From Isurus oxyrinchus (taxonomy: Eukaryota), in contig JANJGN010000026.1 in the NCBI GenBank assembly GCA_026770705.1, positions 35,712,001 through 35,776,000 of the forward strand: 64,000 nucleotides of DNA, written 5' to 3'. Of the stretch, positions 1 to 12,094 are shown one piece after another. The notes under the pieces were generated by a model. That model saw only the letters and a list, made by a program, of their open reading frames with translations, was not told the DNA's origin and did not search any database. Position 1 is the stretch's first letter, and every line of letters starts with the position of its first letter. The position numbers and the translations under genes were made by a program.

Positions 1-447
1 TCACCCTGTGTGTCTGTTTACCCCGTGAGTACCGATCACACAAACAGACATTATGTGGATTTCATATAAGGCTGCCCGAGTCCATCCCAATTACAGACAG
101 GGGGTTTAACCCGGTTCTGTGATTCGGCTCTGATGGTCCATGAAACTATCTCTGTTTAATTTCCAGGAGTTTTCAGTCAGCAGTGACACAAACCCCGGCA
201 GCGGTGACCAGGAAGTAATGTCAGTCTCTCACCATTACCTGTGTTTTCCACGCTGGTTATTGGGATATTGTCCAAACGGTGCTTTTCATCAGACAAACCC
301 AGACCGGAGCAGAGCGGGAGCGGATCTCCAGCGGGGGGACATTGTTTGTGTCAATGGATAAAACAGAAAAGACATTTTCGTTGGAAATTTGGGATGTGAG
401 AGTTGAAGGCACTGCCACCTATTACTGTAAAGCTCAGTACTACGTTA
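1..447 (+). pseudogene. NAR-TCR V gene segment (IgNAR-like V), cassette 1, pseudogene; 3' end of leader exon 1-24, V exon 167-447
   Basis: Leader end + GT donor at 25; acceptor ttccAG 165-166. Conceptual V: SVTQTPAAVTRK*CQSLTITCVFHAGYWDIVQTVLFIRQTQTGAERERISSGGTLFVSMDKTEKTFSLEIWDVRVEGTATYYCKAQYY. IgNAR-like framework with short FR2/no CDR2 and an extra FR1 Cys. 1-nt deletion near 180 and in-frame TAA at 216-218 relative to the cassette 2 paralog. Confidence 0.88.
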
Positions 448-485
448 CACAGCGACTGGCCTCGGCTTCCCGGGATACAAACATT
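448..485 (+). other. RSS of NAR-TCR V1 (CACAGCG - 22 nt - ACAAACATT)
   Basis: Heptamer 448-454 and nonamer 477-485 directly follow YYCKAQYY; near consensus CACAGTG/ACAAAAACC. Confidence 0.85.
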
Positions 486-692
486 CTCATGCAGATTATC
501 ACAAAAACAAGTAAAAAAGCGGAGTTAATTCTGCCGTTAAACGCCCAGAGTTCAGCCTCATACCGTCTGTCCCCCAGTCTAGTTTGTAGTGAGATTGGAT
601 TATTACCGTTAACAACTTGAGTTTTAAAACTACGAAGCGTGTGCGGATGGTGAAGGCTTCCCCGGGGTTGGTGTCGGTGAAACAGTGGAACG

Positions 693-2778
693 TAGAAACA
701 TAGAAATAGGAGCTGGAGTAGGCCGTTCGGCCCTTCGATCTTGTTCCGCCATTCAATATTATCATGGTTGATCCTGGATCTAAACATCATATTCCCGCTT
801 TCTGTCCATACCACTTAATGCCACTAATATCCAAAAATATGTCGATTTTTTTCTTGAATATACTCAGTGACTCCATAGACTTCTTTGGTCGAGAATTCTA
901 CAGGTTGACCACCCTCAGAGTGAAGGAATCTTCCTCATTTCGGTCGCAAATGGCCTTCCCCGTATTCTGCTGTGGACCCTGGTTCTAGACTCCCCAACCA
1001 AGGGAAACATCCTTCCTGCATCTAGTCTGTCTAGCGCTGTTAGAATTATATGTGTTTCAATCAGAACCCCTCTCATTCTTCTAAACTCTAGTGAATGCAG
1101 GCCCAGTTGAACCAATCTCTCCTCATACAACTGTCCTGCCATCCCCAGTATCAACCTCGTGAACATTCGCTCCACTCCCTCTACGGCAAATATATCTTTT
1201 CTTGCGTAGAGAGACCAAATCTGCACGCAATGCTCCTGGTGTGTTCTCACCAAGGCCCTTTGCAACTGCAGTAAAACATCCTTACTTCTGAAATCAAATC
1301 CACTTTAAATGAAGGCCAACATATCATTTGCCTTCCCAATTGCTGCACCTGTCTGTTTAGTTTCATTGGCTGGTGTACAACGACACCCAGACTCCTTCGT
1401 ACACCCATATTTCCCAATTTATCACCATTTATATAATGTTCTGACTTTCTGTTTTCACACCGAAGCGTATAACTTTATATTTATCCACGTTCTACTGCAC
1501 TTGCCATGTGATTGCCGACACAGAAAACTTGTCTAAATTGCCCTGAATCCCTCTTGCATGCTCCTCACATCTCACAGCCTCGTGCAGTTTTGTGTCGTCA
1601 GCAAACTTGGAAATATTGCATTTGGTTTCCTCATCCAAATTATCTATATATGTTGTGAATAACTGGGGCTCAAGCATTGATCGATGCGGTACACCACTAG
1701 TCAAGGCCTGCCACTGGGATAAAGACCCATTATTCCCACTGTCTGTTTCTGGTCTGTCAACCAATTCTCAGTCCAAGCCAGTATATTACCTCCAATCTCA
1801 TGTGCTTTACTTTTGTCCACTAGCCTCTTAGGTGGGACCTTATTAAAATCTTCTTGAAATCCAAATACACCAGATCTAGTGGTTCTCCGTTATCTATCCT
1901 ACTAAAAAACTCGAGTAGATTAGTTAAGCATGATTTCCCTTTCATAAACCGATGCTGACTTTGTCTAATCTCATTGATGCTTTCCAAGTGTTCAGTTATT
2001 TTATAACAGACTCTAGCATTTTGCCCACAACTGATGTTAGGCTAACTGCTCTGTAATTATCTGTTTTTGCTCTCCTTTCTTTTTTTTTAAATAATCGGGT
2101 TACATTTGCCACCCCCAATATGTAGGAACTGTTCCAGAGTCTATAGATTTTTGGAAGGTGACCACCTATGCATCCAATATTTCCAGCGCCACCTCCTTTA
2201 GACATCTGGGATGTGGATTATCAGGCCCTGGGGATTTTCCAGATTTTAACCCCATTAATTTCTCCACCACAATGTTTTTCACTAATGCTGATTTCCTTCA
2301 ATTCCTCGCTCTCACTGGGCCCGTGGTTCCCTAACATTTCTGGGAAATTATTTGTGTTGCCTTTTCTGAAGGCAGAACCAAAATATCTCTTCAATGTTTT
2401 TGCCATTTCTTTGTTCCCAATTATCGTTTCCCCCGTTTGTGAGTGTTTGTTTACTAATCATTTTCTCTTCCGCATATTTATGGAGGCTTTTACAATCAAT
2501 TTTTATGTTCCCTGCAAGTTTACTCTCGTACTACATTTTCCCCTTCTTGATCAGTCTTTTTTCCAGTTTTGCTGAATTCTAAACTACTTCCAACCCTCAG
2601 GATTGAAGCTTTTTCTGGAGATTTTTTATGTCTACTCGTTAGATCTAATACTATCCCTAATTTCTTTTGTAATCCATGGTTGAACCATCTTTCCCATATT
2701 ATTTTTGCGCCAGACGGGAATGAATAATTTTTGTAATTCATGCATACGCTCCTTAAATATTAACCATTGCCAATCCAC
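693..2778 (-). mobile_element. CR1-clade LINE, 5'-truncated, decayed ORF2
   Basis: Minus-strand fragments NYRAVSLTSVVGKMLESVIK, SGVPHRSMLEP..ISKFADDTKL, LGLHSLEFRRMRGVLIE; (TTTCTATG)-type tail read as tagaaacatagaaa at ~693. Confidence 0.9.
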
Positions 2779-3034
2779 TTTAATTTTAATTTCCACCATT
2801 CAGTTATCTTTCTTTGATATTTTTCTCGGTTTATATGAAGCGAATATCTCATTCCCAGGACCATTTACGCAGAGCTCAGGGCCTCAGAAAGAATAGTTTG
2901 AACAGATAGAGACTTTGAAACATTGAATATTGATTATTCATTTAAACCTGCTGTATAATTGTCTACTGCCTGATGATGATTTCCCGGCAGTTGAGTTGTC
3001 AATGGTTCTTGAACTGGGAGAGTGAGAGTGGTGT

Positions 3035-3080
3035 GCGAATTATGTAGATGGATCCAGGATGGTGGTGACTGGCACAGCCG
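3035..3080 (+). pseudogene. NAR-TCR J segment, cassette 1, pseudogene
   Basis: YVDGSRMVVTGTA, homologous to J at 13506-13558; donor mutated to ATAAGT (3081); RSS heptamer deleted. Confidence 0.8.
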
Positions 3081-3639
3081 ATAAGTGACTCTGAAGCCCG
3101 CATGTTGCAGACTGTGCCGGATATTGTTCACAGTCAGCTTCTTGTGATCAACATCGTTTCAATCACATCGAAGCTAAAAAAAATACGATTTCTAAGGGAC
3201 CTTTTCCGTTGCAGGCTTCGATTTAGGAATAGGGTATGATCGGACAGTCGAGTCATTTACCCGCCATTTGTTTCAATTGTCTTCATATACCCAATCATTT
3301 CCTCCTTTTCCATCCTCAGATCGAAATGTGAAAGTTTGGAACTGCAGACATTTCTCTTTATTGAATGTCGATGTTTGAGAGATGGGATTGCTGTGATTTA
3401 TCTGTATCCCTGATTACTGTGAATTAAAAACGCAAAGTGCAGTGAGAGAGTGAGGATGATGCATTAATCTTATAAAGGAGAACAGGGACATAAGGAAAAA
3501 AATATAAACTGAGAGAATGTTCATTTAGAACCAGCAAGAAATAATTCATCGAATGGGAGAGAAGGATTGGATGATCTCTGGCCTGTTCAAAGTACAATCC
3601 GAGCACAGGGTGGTGGGCGATGTTTATGGAGAGAAGGAC

Positions 3640-3930
3640 TCCAGTTTGGAATGCTGTGTAACGTCTGGTATCTTACTTAGGGAAGGTTGTACATGCTTTG
3701 GAACAAATGTTCATCAGACTGATTCCTGAAGTAAAGGGATTGTCCTATGGGAAGGGAATTAGTAGACTGGGCCTGTGTTCCTTGGAGTTTACAGCAATGA
3801 GGGCGATCTCATGAGAACACATGATATCCTTAAGGAGCTTGAGAGGGAAGGTTCTAGGTGGGAGTTTCCTCAGGTTGGAAAGTCTATAACTGGGAGCCAT
3901 AATTTCAGCATAAGGGGTCGGCCATTAGAA
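3640..3930 (+). mobile_element. Old CR1 3' fragment shared by both cassettes (paralog ~14470-15010)
   Basis: CR1 ORF2 C-terminal similarity at the same position in both cassettes, so inserted before the cassette duplication. Confidence 0.7.
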
Positions 3931-4480
3931 TGGGGAAGAGAGAAGTTTCAATCAATGCTGATTAATCACAATCACTTTCATTTCGATCATGTTTTGCACA
4001 GTGATGCTGATGCTGATTGTCTCATACAATCATTTTTTGGAAACTGATTGCCATACTGATAATAAATGTTCCATCGGGGTGTCACTCACCAAGGAAAATA
4101 GATGCAGAAATGTAATATACAACATAGAACCATGCCGAGAGGTAGAATGACATTCGGCCCATCGTGGAGGTGCTATCACTTTCAAAGTACAATCCAATTT
4201 TTACCATTTTTCCTGTTGTAGTATAGGTACATCAGCCATTTGAAAGTTCCCACTGAGTCTATTCGCACCACCCATTCTGACCGCGCAGTGCAGATTGGAA
4301 AAATTCTCGATGCAAAAGAAAATTATCATCTCTGCACTTAATCACATCTCAATGACGGTGAATACGGTTGGAACAGGCTTGCTTCAAGTTTAGAAAAACG
4401 AACCTTTCATGTCATTGACAAATTCTCCCAGGTAAACCATGGCTAAACAAACAAATAATGTTCATTTTTTTATTCTCCAG

Positions 4481-4568
4481 ATTCCAGTTCCCTGGTGTCT
4501 TAGTGCCCGCCTCTACAAACATCTGCTGTCGGTGACACCATTACTTGAAGCTGTGAATGTTCAGGGTT
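4481..4568 (+). pseudogene. Leaderless supporting TCR-delta V, cassette 1; only FR1 remains
   Basis: Acceptor ctccAG at 4479-4480; (D)SSSLVS*CPPLQTSAVGDTIT*SCECSG, homologous to 16500-16587; then fused directly into the RSS array. Confidence 0.8.
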
Positions 4569-4817
4569 AGATCACGGAGAGAGCTGTTCAGAAACCTGAA
4601 CATGGTGGGATTACAGACACATAGTGATACAGAGCACGGAGAGAACTGTACAAAAACCTGAACATGGTGGGATTACAGACACACAGTGATACAGAGCACG
4701 GAGAGAGCTGTACAAAAGCCTGAACATGGTGGGATTACAGACACATAGAGATACAAAGCGCGGAGAGAGCTCTATGAAAACTTGAACAAAGTGGGGATTC
4801 CAGATACAGTGATACAG
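4569..4817 (+). repeat. Tandem array of 23-RSS units (~62 bp), cassette 1; runs into assembly gap
   Basis: CATAGTG(4620)-23-ACAAAAACC(4650); CACAGTG(4682)-23-ACAAAAGCC(4712); degenerate units at 4744 and 4805; partial first unit; linker TGAACATGGTGGGATTACAGACA. Confidence 0.9.
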
Positions 4818-5213
4818 NNNNNNNNNNNNNNNNNNNNNNNNNNNNNNNNNNNNNNNNNNNNNNNNNNNNNNNNNNNNNNNNNNNNNNNNNNNNNNNNNNN
4901 NNNNNNNNNNNNNNNNNNNNNNNNNNNNNNNNNNNNNNNNNNNNNNNNNNNNNNNNNNNNNNNNNNNNNNNNNNNNNNNNNNNNNNNNNNNNNNNNNNNN
5001 NNNNNNNNNNNNNNNNNNNNNNNNNNNNNNNNNNNNNNNNNNNNNNNNNNNNNNNNNNNNNNNNNNNNNNNNNNNNNNNNNNNNNNNNNNNNNNNNNNNN
5101 NNNNNNNNNNNNNNNNNNNNNNNNNNNNNNNNNNNNNNNNNNNNNNNNNNNNNNNNNNNNNNNNNNNNNNNNNNNNNNNNNNNNNNNNNNNNNNNNNNNN
5201 NNNNNNNNNNNNN
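4818..5213. other. Assembly gap (N run)
   Basis: 396 Ns. Confidence 1.
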
Positions 5214-5850
5214 TAAAATAGATAGAATACGTTTTTGCCATTTAAGGACTCTTCGTTCCGGAGACAAAGGAGCAGGAAAAACAAATTGATAGATTTTATA
5301 TGATGATTGACATAGCTTCAGATATAAATGTACATGCTGACACTGACTGGGATAAAAAGCTTGTCAGAGAAGCAATTAGAATTATAGATCCATGAATAGA
5401 AGAGAGTTGTATCAATGTTGGAATGGGCAAACAGAGAGAAAATTAAAAATGAATGAAACAATCAAATAACAATGTTGGTTGACAGCCAAAAGTGAAAACT
5501 CCATCGATATATTGGCCACATTATTTGCGCTCTGGGACCCTGCGCTTTATTTGGAGCCTCCTGTCAGTCGAAGCTTTCGGAATCAAGGTGGGGGGCAGAG
5601 GTGGGAGAGGAGAGAGGAGAATTTTGAGTGGTCTTAGCCAGCATATCGGCACCCATCACTTCCTGCATCTATGCAGAAGCCCAATTTCAATGAGCTGCCT
5701 ATGATCATTGCCGCAGTTTGTGACAATCAGCACTGCCTGCGGTCCCGCAGGCAGTCTCCCTGAACTCTTCTGTTGTGCCCCTGATACCTGGACTTGAGAA
5801 TGTGTGAGGGTTCTGTGTATTCTTGCCGGTCACTGTCTATTTCTCTCTCC

Positions 5851-6033
5851 NNNNNNNNNNNNNNNNNNNNNNNNNNNNNNNNNNNNNNNNNNNNNNNNNN
5901 NNNNNNNNNNNNNNNNNNNNNNNNNNNNNNNNNNNNNNNNNNNNNNNNNNNNNNNNNNNNNNNNNNNNNNNNNNNNNNNNNNNNNNNNNNNNNNNNNNNN
6001 NNNNNNNNNNNNNNNNNNNNNNNNNNNNNNNNN
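5851..6033. other. Assembly gap (N run)
   Basis: 183 Ns. Confidence 1.
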
Positions 6034-6080
6034 ATGCGTTTGCTCGCAAAAAATAAATATTTCATGTTTAGAAAATATAA

Positions 6081-8625
6081 AAACATAGAAACATAGAAAG
6101 TAGGAGCAGGGCTAAGCCATAGGCCCTTCGAGCATGCTCCGCCATTCACCATGATTGTGGCTGATCATCCAACTCAATAGCCTGCTCCCGCTTTCTGCCC
6201 TTACCCTTTGATCCATTTCGCCCCAAGAGCTATATCTAACTACTTCTTGAAAGCATGCGATATTTTGGCATCCAATACATTCGGTGGTAGCGAATTCCAC
6301 AGGCTCACCACTCTCTGGGTGAAGACATTTCTTCTCATCTCAATTCTAAATGGTCTACCCCGTATCCACAGACTGTGACCTCTGGTTCTGGACTCCCCCG
6401 CCATCGGGACCATCCTTCCTGCATTTACACTGTCTGGCCCTGTTAGAATTTTATAGTCTTCTATGAGATTCTGCTCTCATTCTTCTGAACCCACGCGAAT
6501 ATAATCGTAACCGACTCAATCACTCCTCAGATGTCTGTCCTGCCATCCCAGGAATCAGTCTGATAAACATTCGCTGCACCCCCCTCTCTAGCAAGAACAT
6601 TCTTCCTCAGATAAGGAGCCCAAACCATATTCCAGGTGTGGTCTCACCAAGGCCCTGTACAATTGCAGCAATACATCCTGCTCCTGTACTGGAATCCTCT
6701 GCTATGAAGGTGAACGTACCATTTGCCTTCTTTTGCACCTGCTGCATCTGCATGCTTACCTTCTGCGATTGGTGTACGACGACACCCAGGTCTCGTAGCA
6801 CATTCCCCCCTCTCAATTTATAGCCATTCAGATAATAATCTCCCTTCCTGTTATTGCATCCAAAGTGGATAACCTCAAATTTATCCACATTATGCTTCAC
6901 CTGCCATGCATTTTCCCACTCACGCAGCCTGTCCAAGTCACACTGAAGCAGCTCTGCATCCTCCTCACAGCTCACCCTCCCACCCAGCTTTGTGTCATCT
7001 GCAAATTTAGAGGTATTACATTTAGTTCCCTAAATTAAATCATTAATATCTATTGTTAATAGCTGGGGACGCAGCACCGATCCCTAAGGTACCCCACTTG
7101 TCACTGCCTGCCATTCGGAAAATGTCCCGTGTATTCCTCCTCTTTGTTTCATGTCTGCCAACCAGTTTTCTATCCATCTCAACACACTTTCCCCAGTCCC
7201 ATTCGCTTTAATTTTACATGCTAATCTCTTCTGTGGGACTTTGTCGAAAGCCTTCTGAAAGTCCACTGGCTCCCCCTCATCAACTCCACTAGTGACATCC
7301 TCGAAAAATTCCAATAGTTTTGTCGTAAATGCATGCTGACTGTCCGATTCTGCCAATATTTTCCAAGTGCTCAGCTATTAAATCTTTTATAATGGTCTCT
7401 AGAATTTTCCCCACTAGTCACATCAGGCTGACTGGCCTTTTATTTCCTGTTTTCTCTGTACCTCTCTATTTAAATAGTGGGGTTACTTTAGCAACCCTCC
7501 AATCTGCAGGAACTGTACCAGAGTCTATAGGATCTAGGAAGATGACCACCAATGCATCCATTATTTCTAGTGTAATTTCCTTAAGTGCTCTAGGATGTAG
7601 ATTATCAGGCCCTGGGGGTTTTTCGGCCTTCAATCCCATCAATTTCCCCAACACCATTTCCCTACTAATACAAATTTCTTTCAGTTCCTCCCTCTCTCTA
7701 AACCCTGTGTTTCCCAACATTTCTAGTATGTTATTTGTGACCTCTTTGTGAAGACTGAACCAAAGTATGTATTTACTTGGTCAGCCATTTCTTTGCTCCC
7801 CATTATAAATTCCCCTGTTTCTCACTGTAAGGGACCTACATTTGTCTTCAACAACCTTTTTCTCTTCACATACCTATAGAATCTTTTACAGTCAGGTTTT
7901 ATGCTCCCTGCAAGCTTATTCTGGTACTCTATTTTCCCCTTCTTAATCAATACCTTGGTCCTCCGTTGTTGGATTCTAATCTGCTTCCAATGTTCAGGTC
8001 TTTTTTTTTCCTGGCCAATTTGTATGCCTCTTCCTTGCATCTAATACTATCTCTAATTTCTCTCATAAGCCATGGTTTAGCCACGTTTGTTGTTTCACTT
8101 TTGCGCCAGGCAGTAATAACAATTGTTTCAGTTCACCCATGCGCTCCTTCAATGTTTGCCAATGCCTGTCCACCGTCATCCCTTTAAATAACGTTTCCCA
8201 ATCCATCATTGCCAGCTCACGCCTCACACTATCGTAGTTTCCTTTATTAAGGTTCAGGGCCCCAGTTTCAGAATCAACTACGTCACTCTCCATATTGATG
8301 AAGAATTCTATCATATTATGGCCACTCATCCGCAAGGGGCCGGCACATCCAGATTGCCAATTATTCCTTTCTCATTACACAATACCCAATCAAGAATGGC
8401 CTGTTCTCTAGTTCATTTCTCAACGCATTGGTCCAGAAAGCCATCCCGTATACACTCCAGGAATTCTTCCTCTACAGTATTTGATTTGGCCAATCTATAT
8501 GCAGATTAAAGTCACCCATAATTACAGATGTTTCTTTATTGGATACTTCTCTAATTTCCTGCTTAATTCCAGTCCCAGCTTCACCACCACAGTTTCGGGT
8601 CTATATACAACCCCCACTAACATTT
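6081..8625 (-). mobile_element. CR1-clade LINE, decayed ORF2
   Basis: Fragments PGPDNLHPRALKE, DFQKAFDKVPQKRL, WQAVTSGVP, LQCDLDRLREW; aaacatagaaacatagaaa tail at ~6081. Confidence 0.9.
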
Positions 8626-8749
8626 TATGCTCCTTATACTCATCGATAAGCAAAACTCAATTTCTGGGTGTGCTTGTTAAAATGTTCTATTTTAAATGTT
8701 CCATTCAAATGTTCCATTTTAAACATTTTCAAATGGAACACAAATGGAA

Positions 8750-9945
8750 TATAATTAATGCAAGGAGCGTGAGGAGCTGTGGACCCAGATATGCACGAAG
8801 GGCATGATATCATAGCTATGACCAAGGCTTGGCTAAAGGATGGCCAGGATTGGCAGCTCAACCTTCCTGCTTATAGTGTATTCGGACGAGGTGGTGAGAG
8901 GGATAGAAGAGTTGGATTGGGGGGGAGGGGAAGGGTGGGGGGGGGGTGTGGTGGGCGGGGTGGGGGGGTTGCAACATAGATCAAGGAATCTTGGGGAATG
9001 ATCATATTTTAGAAGGGTCATCAAATGAAACGCCGTAGGTACAAGTAAGAAACGCTAAAAGAGCAAACACGAAATTGGGTGTGTACTATAGGCCCACAAA
9101 AAGGCAGGTAGTGATCGAGGGCCAAAAGTGTCATCACAGGTTGTTTTCCTTGGAGCAACGAAGGTTGAAAGGGGACCTGAGAGATATGTATATGATTATG
9201 AGTGGCACAGGTAGGTTGGATAGGAAGGCAATTTTTCAATTATTAGAGGAGTCAATAACCATGAGGCAGAGATTTAAGCTAAGAGGCAGAAGACAGATTT
9301 ATGTGTGAAAACAGTGTGCACGGCCGCCTCCCCCATTGTTCCATATGTTGCTGCTGTTCCCGGTTTGACGTTGGTTGGATCAGCAGTGGAGTGGGATGGG
9401 GTTTACATTTCTGCGCTGACAAAGGAATTGGGGTTTGTAGAAAAACAGGCCAATTAGCTTAACATCTGTCATTGGGAAAATGTTGGAGTCTTTTATAAAT
9501 GATGCAATAGCAAAGCCTTTAGAAGTACATAGTCTAATGAAGCAGAATCAGCATGGCTTCAAGAAGGAGAAATCGTGCCTGACAAATTAATCTTAATTCT
9601 TTGGTGAGGTAACAAGTAAGATTGAAAAAGGAGAACCAGTAGATGTAATGTATTTCGATTTCCAAAATGCGTTCGGTAAACTACTTCACACAAGGCTACT
9701 TAGCAAGGTAACACCCCACGGTTTTGGGGGTAATATCTCAGCATGGATAAAGGATTGGCTAACTAATAGAAGACAGAGAGATAGATTAAGGGGGGCATTT
9801 TCAGGATGGCAATCTGTAACTAGCAGGGCGCCACATGGATCAGTGTTGGGGCCTCCATTATTTATACCATATATTAATGACTTAGATGATGGAAGTGAAT
9901 GTACAATCGTCAAATTTGCAGATGACACAAAATAGGTGAGAAGAT
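8750..9945 (+). mobile_element. Fragmented CR1 pieces (endonuclease, RT, 3' ORF2)
   Basis: DIIAMTKAWLKDGQDWQLNLPAYSVF; GVYYRP; FSLEQRRLKGDL; YFDFQNAFGK..SVLGPPLF..KFADDTK. Confidence 0.75.
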
Positions 9946-9999
9946 AAGTGGCATGAGATCAGTGCCTGATTATAAACCATTATTCGAGAATTAAGCAAT

Positions 10000-10880
10000 A
10001 CTCATTTATTAGTGCACTGGACTGTCACACTAAATGATACCTTATCTATTACTGCATTAGATTGCCTCCACTTATGTTCCACCAGGCACAAGTTTTGTTA
10101 TTACTAACTACAACATCTTAATGCTAACGTCTATATTACACCAGACACTGCCTCAGTCGAATTACACGAGACCACACCAACTTTATGTTGCATTCGTCTT
10201 TTTTTCTAGTTATTTGCAAGAGGATGCATATCCTTCTGTGTTTCCCCAGGCCACATCTCAGTTATTATTGTAATAGATAGTCTCCGTTAGTGTTCAGCAA
10301 CATCCTGTCTCAGTGTTACACCAGACAATGTCACACTTTATATTACAATAACCTGTGTCTCTGTTTAAGGTACATGAGACACAATCTCATTTGTTGCGGC
10401 ATCTGACATGTCTCTGCTTGTATGACTCTAGGCCCTGCCTGATTTACTACTGAATGATACTCTGTCTCAGTTTATATTACAGTGGCCATTTTCTATGCTC
10501 TACTGCACTAGGACATGATTGAATTTACATTGCACTAGGCCACGTCCCTGCTGATATTGCACTACGACAGTACTCACGTTATAAAATAATAGCCTTTGGC
10601 CCTCTGTAGATTACATTAGACCATGTCTTTATTCATGTTAGCTGGAGACCTGTCTGAACTATTATCTCATTACCCTTGATCTGCTTATATTTCGGTAGGC
10701 CCTAACTTTTTTATTCCCGCTCGAATCCAAACTCCTGTTTACATTACACGAGACCCAATTTCTAGTTGCATTACTCCAGGCCTTGTTTCAGTTAATACTG
10801 AAATGGACCCTGCCTCTATTTATGTTACACCAGGCCGTGCCTTTGTTGCTACTATTCTTGACCAAATCCCTGTTTATATT
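10000..10880. repeat. Highly degenerate ~27-bp tandem repeat
   Basis: Consecutive 27-mers such as cattactccaggccttgtttcagttaa / tactgaaatggaccctgcctctattta / tgttacaccaggccgtgcctttgttgc; rough consensus TATTACACYAGGCCCTGTCTCTGTTTA. Confidence 0.6.
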
Positions 10881-11040
10881 AACTAAGTTTATGTGCACGA
10901 CACATTTATATGTGACCCTTAACAGTGATTTACACTAATTATTATTCTCAAAGCAGCATTTTTATCACGTTAAGAAAGCTGACAGAAGTTGGCCGGACGA
11001 GCAGAAAAAATTGTAACTTTACATTTTGCATCTCAAGTCA

Positions 11041-11341
11041 TCGGCCATGTTTGTGTGACGTACAGCCGGCCATGTTTGTGTGAAGTACTATCGGCCATGT
11101 TTGCGTGACGTACTGTCGGCCATGTTGGTATGACAAAGCTGTCGGCCAGGTTTGTGTGACGTACAATAGATCATCTTTACGTGACGAAACTGTCGATCAT
11201 GTTTTTGTGACGTACGGTCGGCCATGTTTGTGTGACGTATTGTCGGCCATGTTTGCGTGACGAAACTGTCAGCCATGTTTGTGTGACGTAATGTTGATCG
11301 CGTTTTTGTGACGTATTCGACCGTGTTTGTGTGACGTGCTG
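11041..11341. repeat. 25-26-bp minisatellite, ~12 copies, CRE-like core
   Basis: Unit TCGGCCATGTTTGTGTGACGTACTG; most units carry TGACG(T/A). Confidence 0.95.
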
Positions 11342-12094
11342 CGGTTCTTAATTTTCGTTTCGCCTTTTAATGGCATTTCCGTACCTGCCCGCAATGTTGA
11401 GCAGCTTTTTCCCGAACTCCGCTGTCAGCTTCGTGAAGCCTCTGACTTCGGCCTTGTCACGGGGTTTATTTGATTGAGTATTGCTGTTGCTGGTTGAGAG
11501 ATAATCGTACACCATAAACAGTTTTCAGAACAGCATGTAGTGACTGTCATCTTTAAAGAGAGCGCCCAAGCGCACAGCCCCCCAAGGTCTGTTGTACCCC
11601 CGAGTGCCGTTTCATTCTCAGTTACTGCAAACAGAAATTCTGAATATTCCCAATCTGGAAGTCAAACATGGCTGAAATTAAACGCCATTTTAAATGTAAT
11701 GCATCGCAGAGCTGGTGCAGGAAGCATTTGGCTAAATGACAGGGAGAATCTCCGGAATATTGGAGTAAGAGTGGGTTGGGGGCTTTCTCCCGGTGTCCTG
11801 GGCCCACATTCCACCTCTAACAAACACCAACCAATACAAACACATGCACCGACCTCCCAGTTCACCACTGTGGGGAAAGGAAGGCGACAGCACAACTGGC
11901 AGAAAGAAAAGCTCCCCTTCTCCACCCCTGTACACCAGAGTATTGTGGGAGGGGTTTTCACATCCGGATCACTATCCAAATGAAGGGTCAGAAAGTTGCA
12001 GTTTCCTTTAATAAACCTGTCTCTTATTTCCACAACACTTAGCCAGCGACCCGGGAACCATGCGGCCCATCAATAATCTGAGCGAAACTGCCCT

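Noticed and set aside
4611-6152. Long ORFs containing X runs
   Set aside because: Artefacts of translating through N gaps.
11041-11341. Minisatellite as an array of 12-RSSs (TGTTTTTGT resembles the nonamer)
   Set aside because: No CACTGTG heptamer at 12 or 23 nt; the 25-bp period is too short for an RSS.
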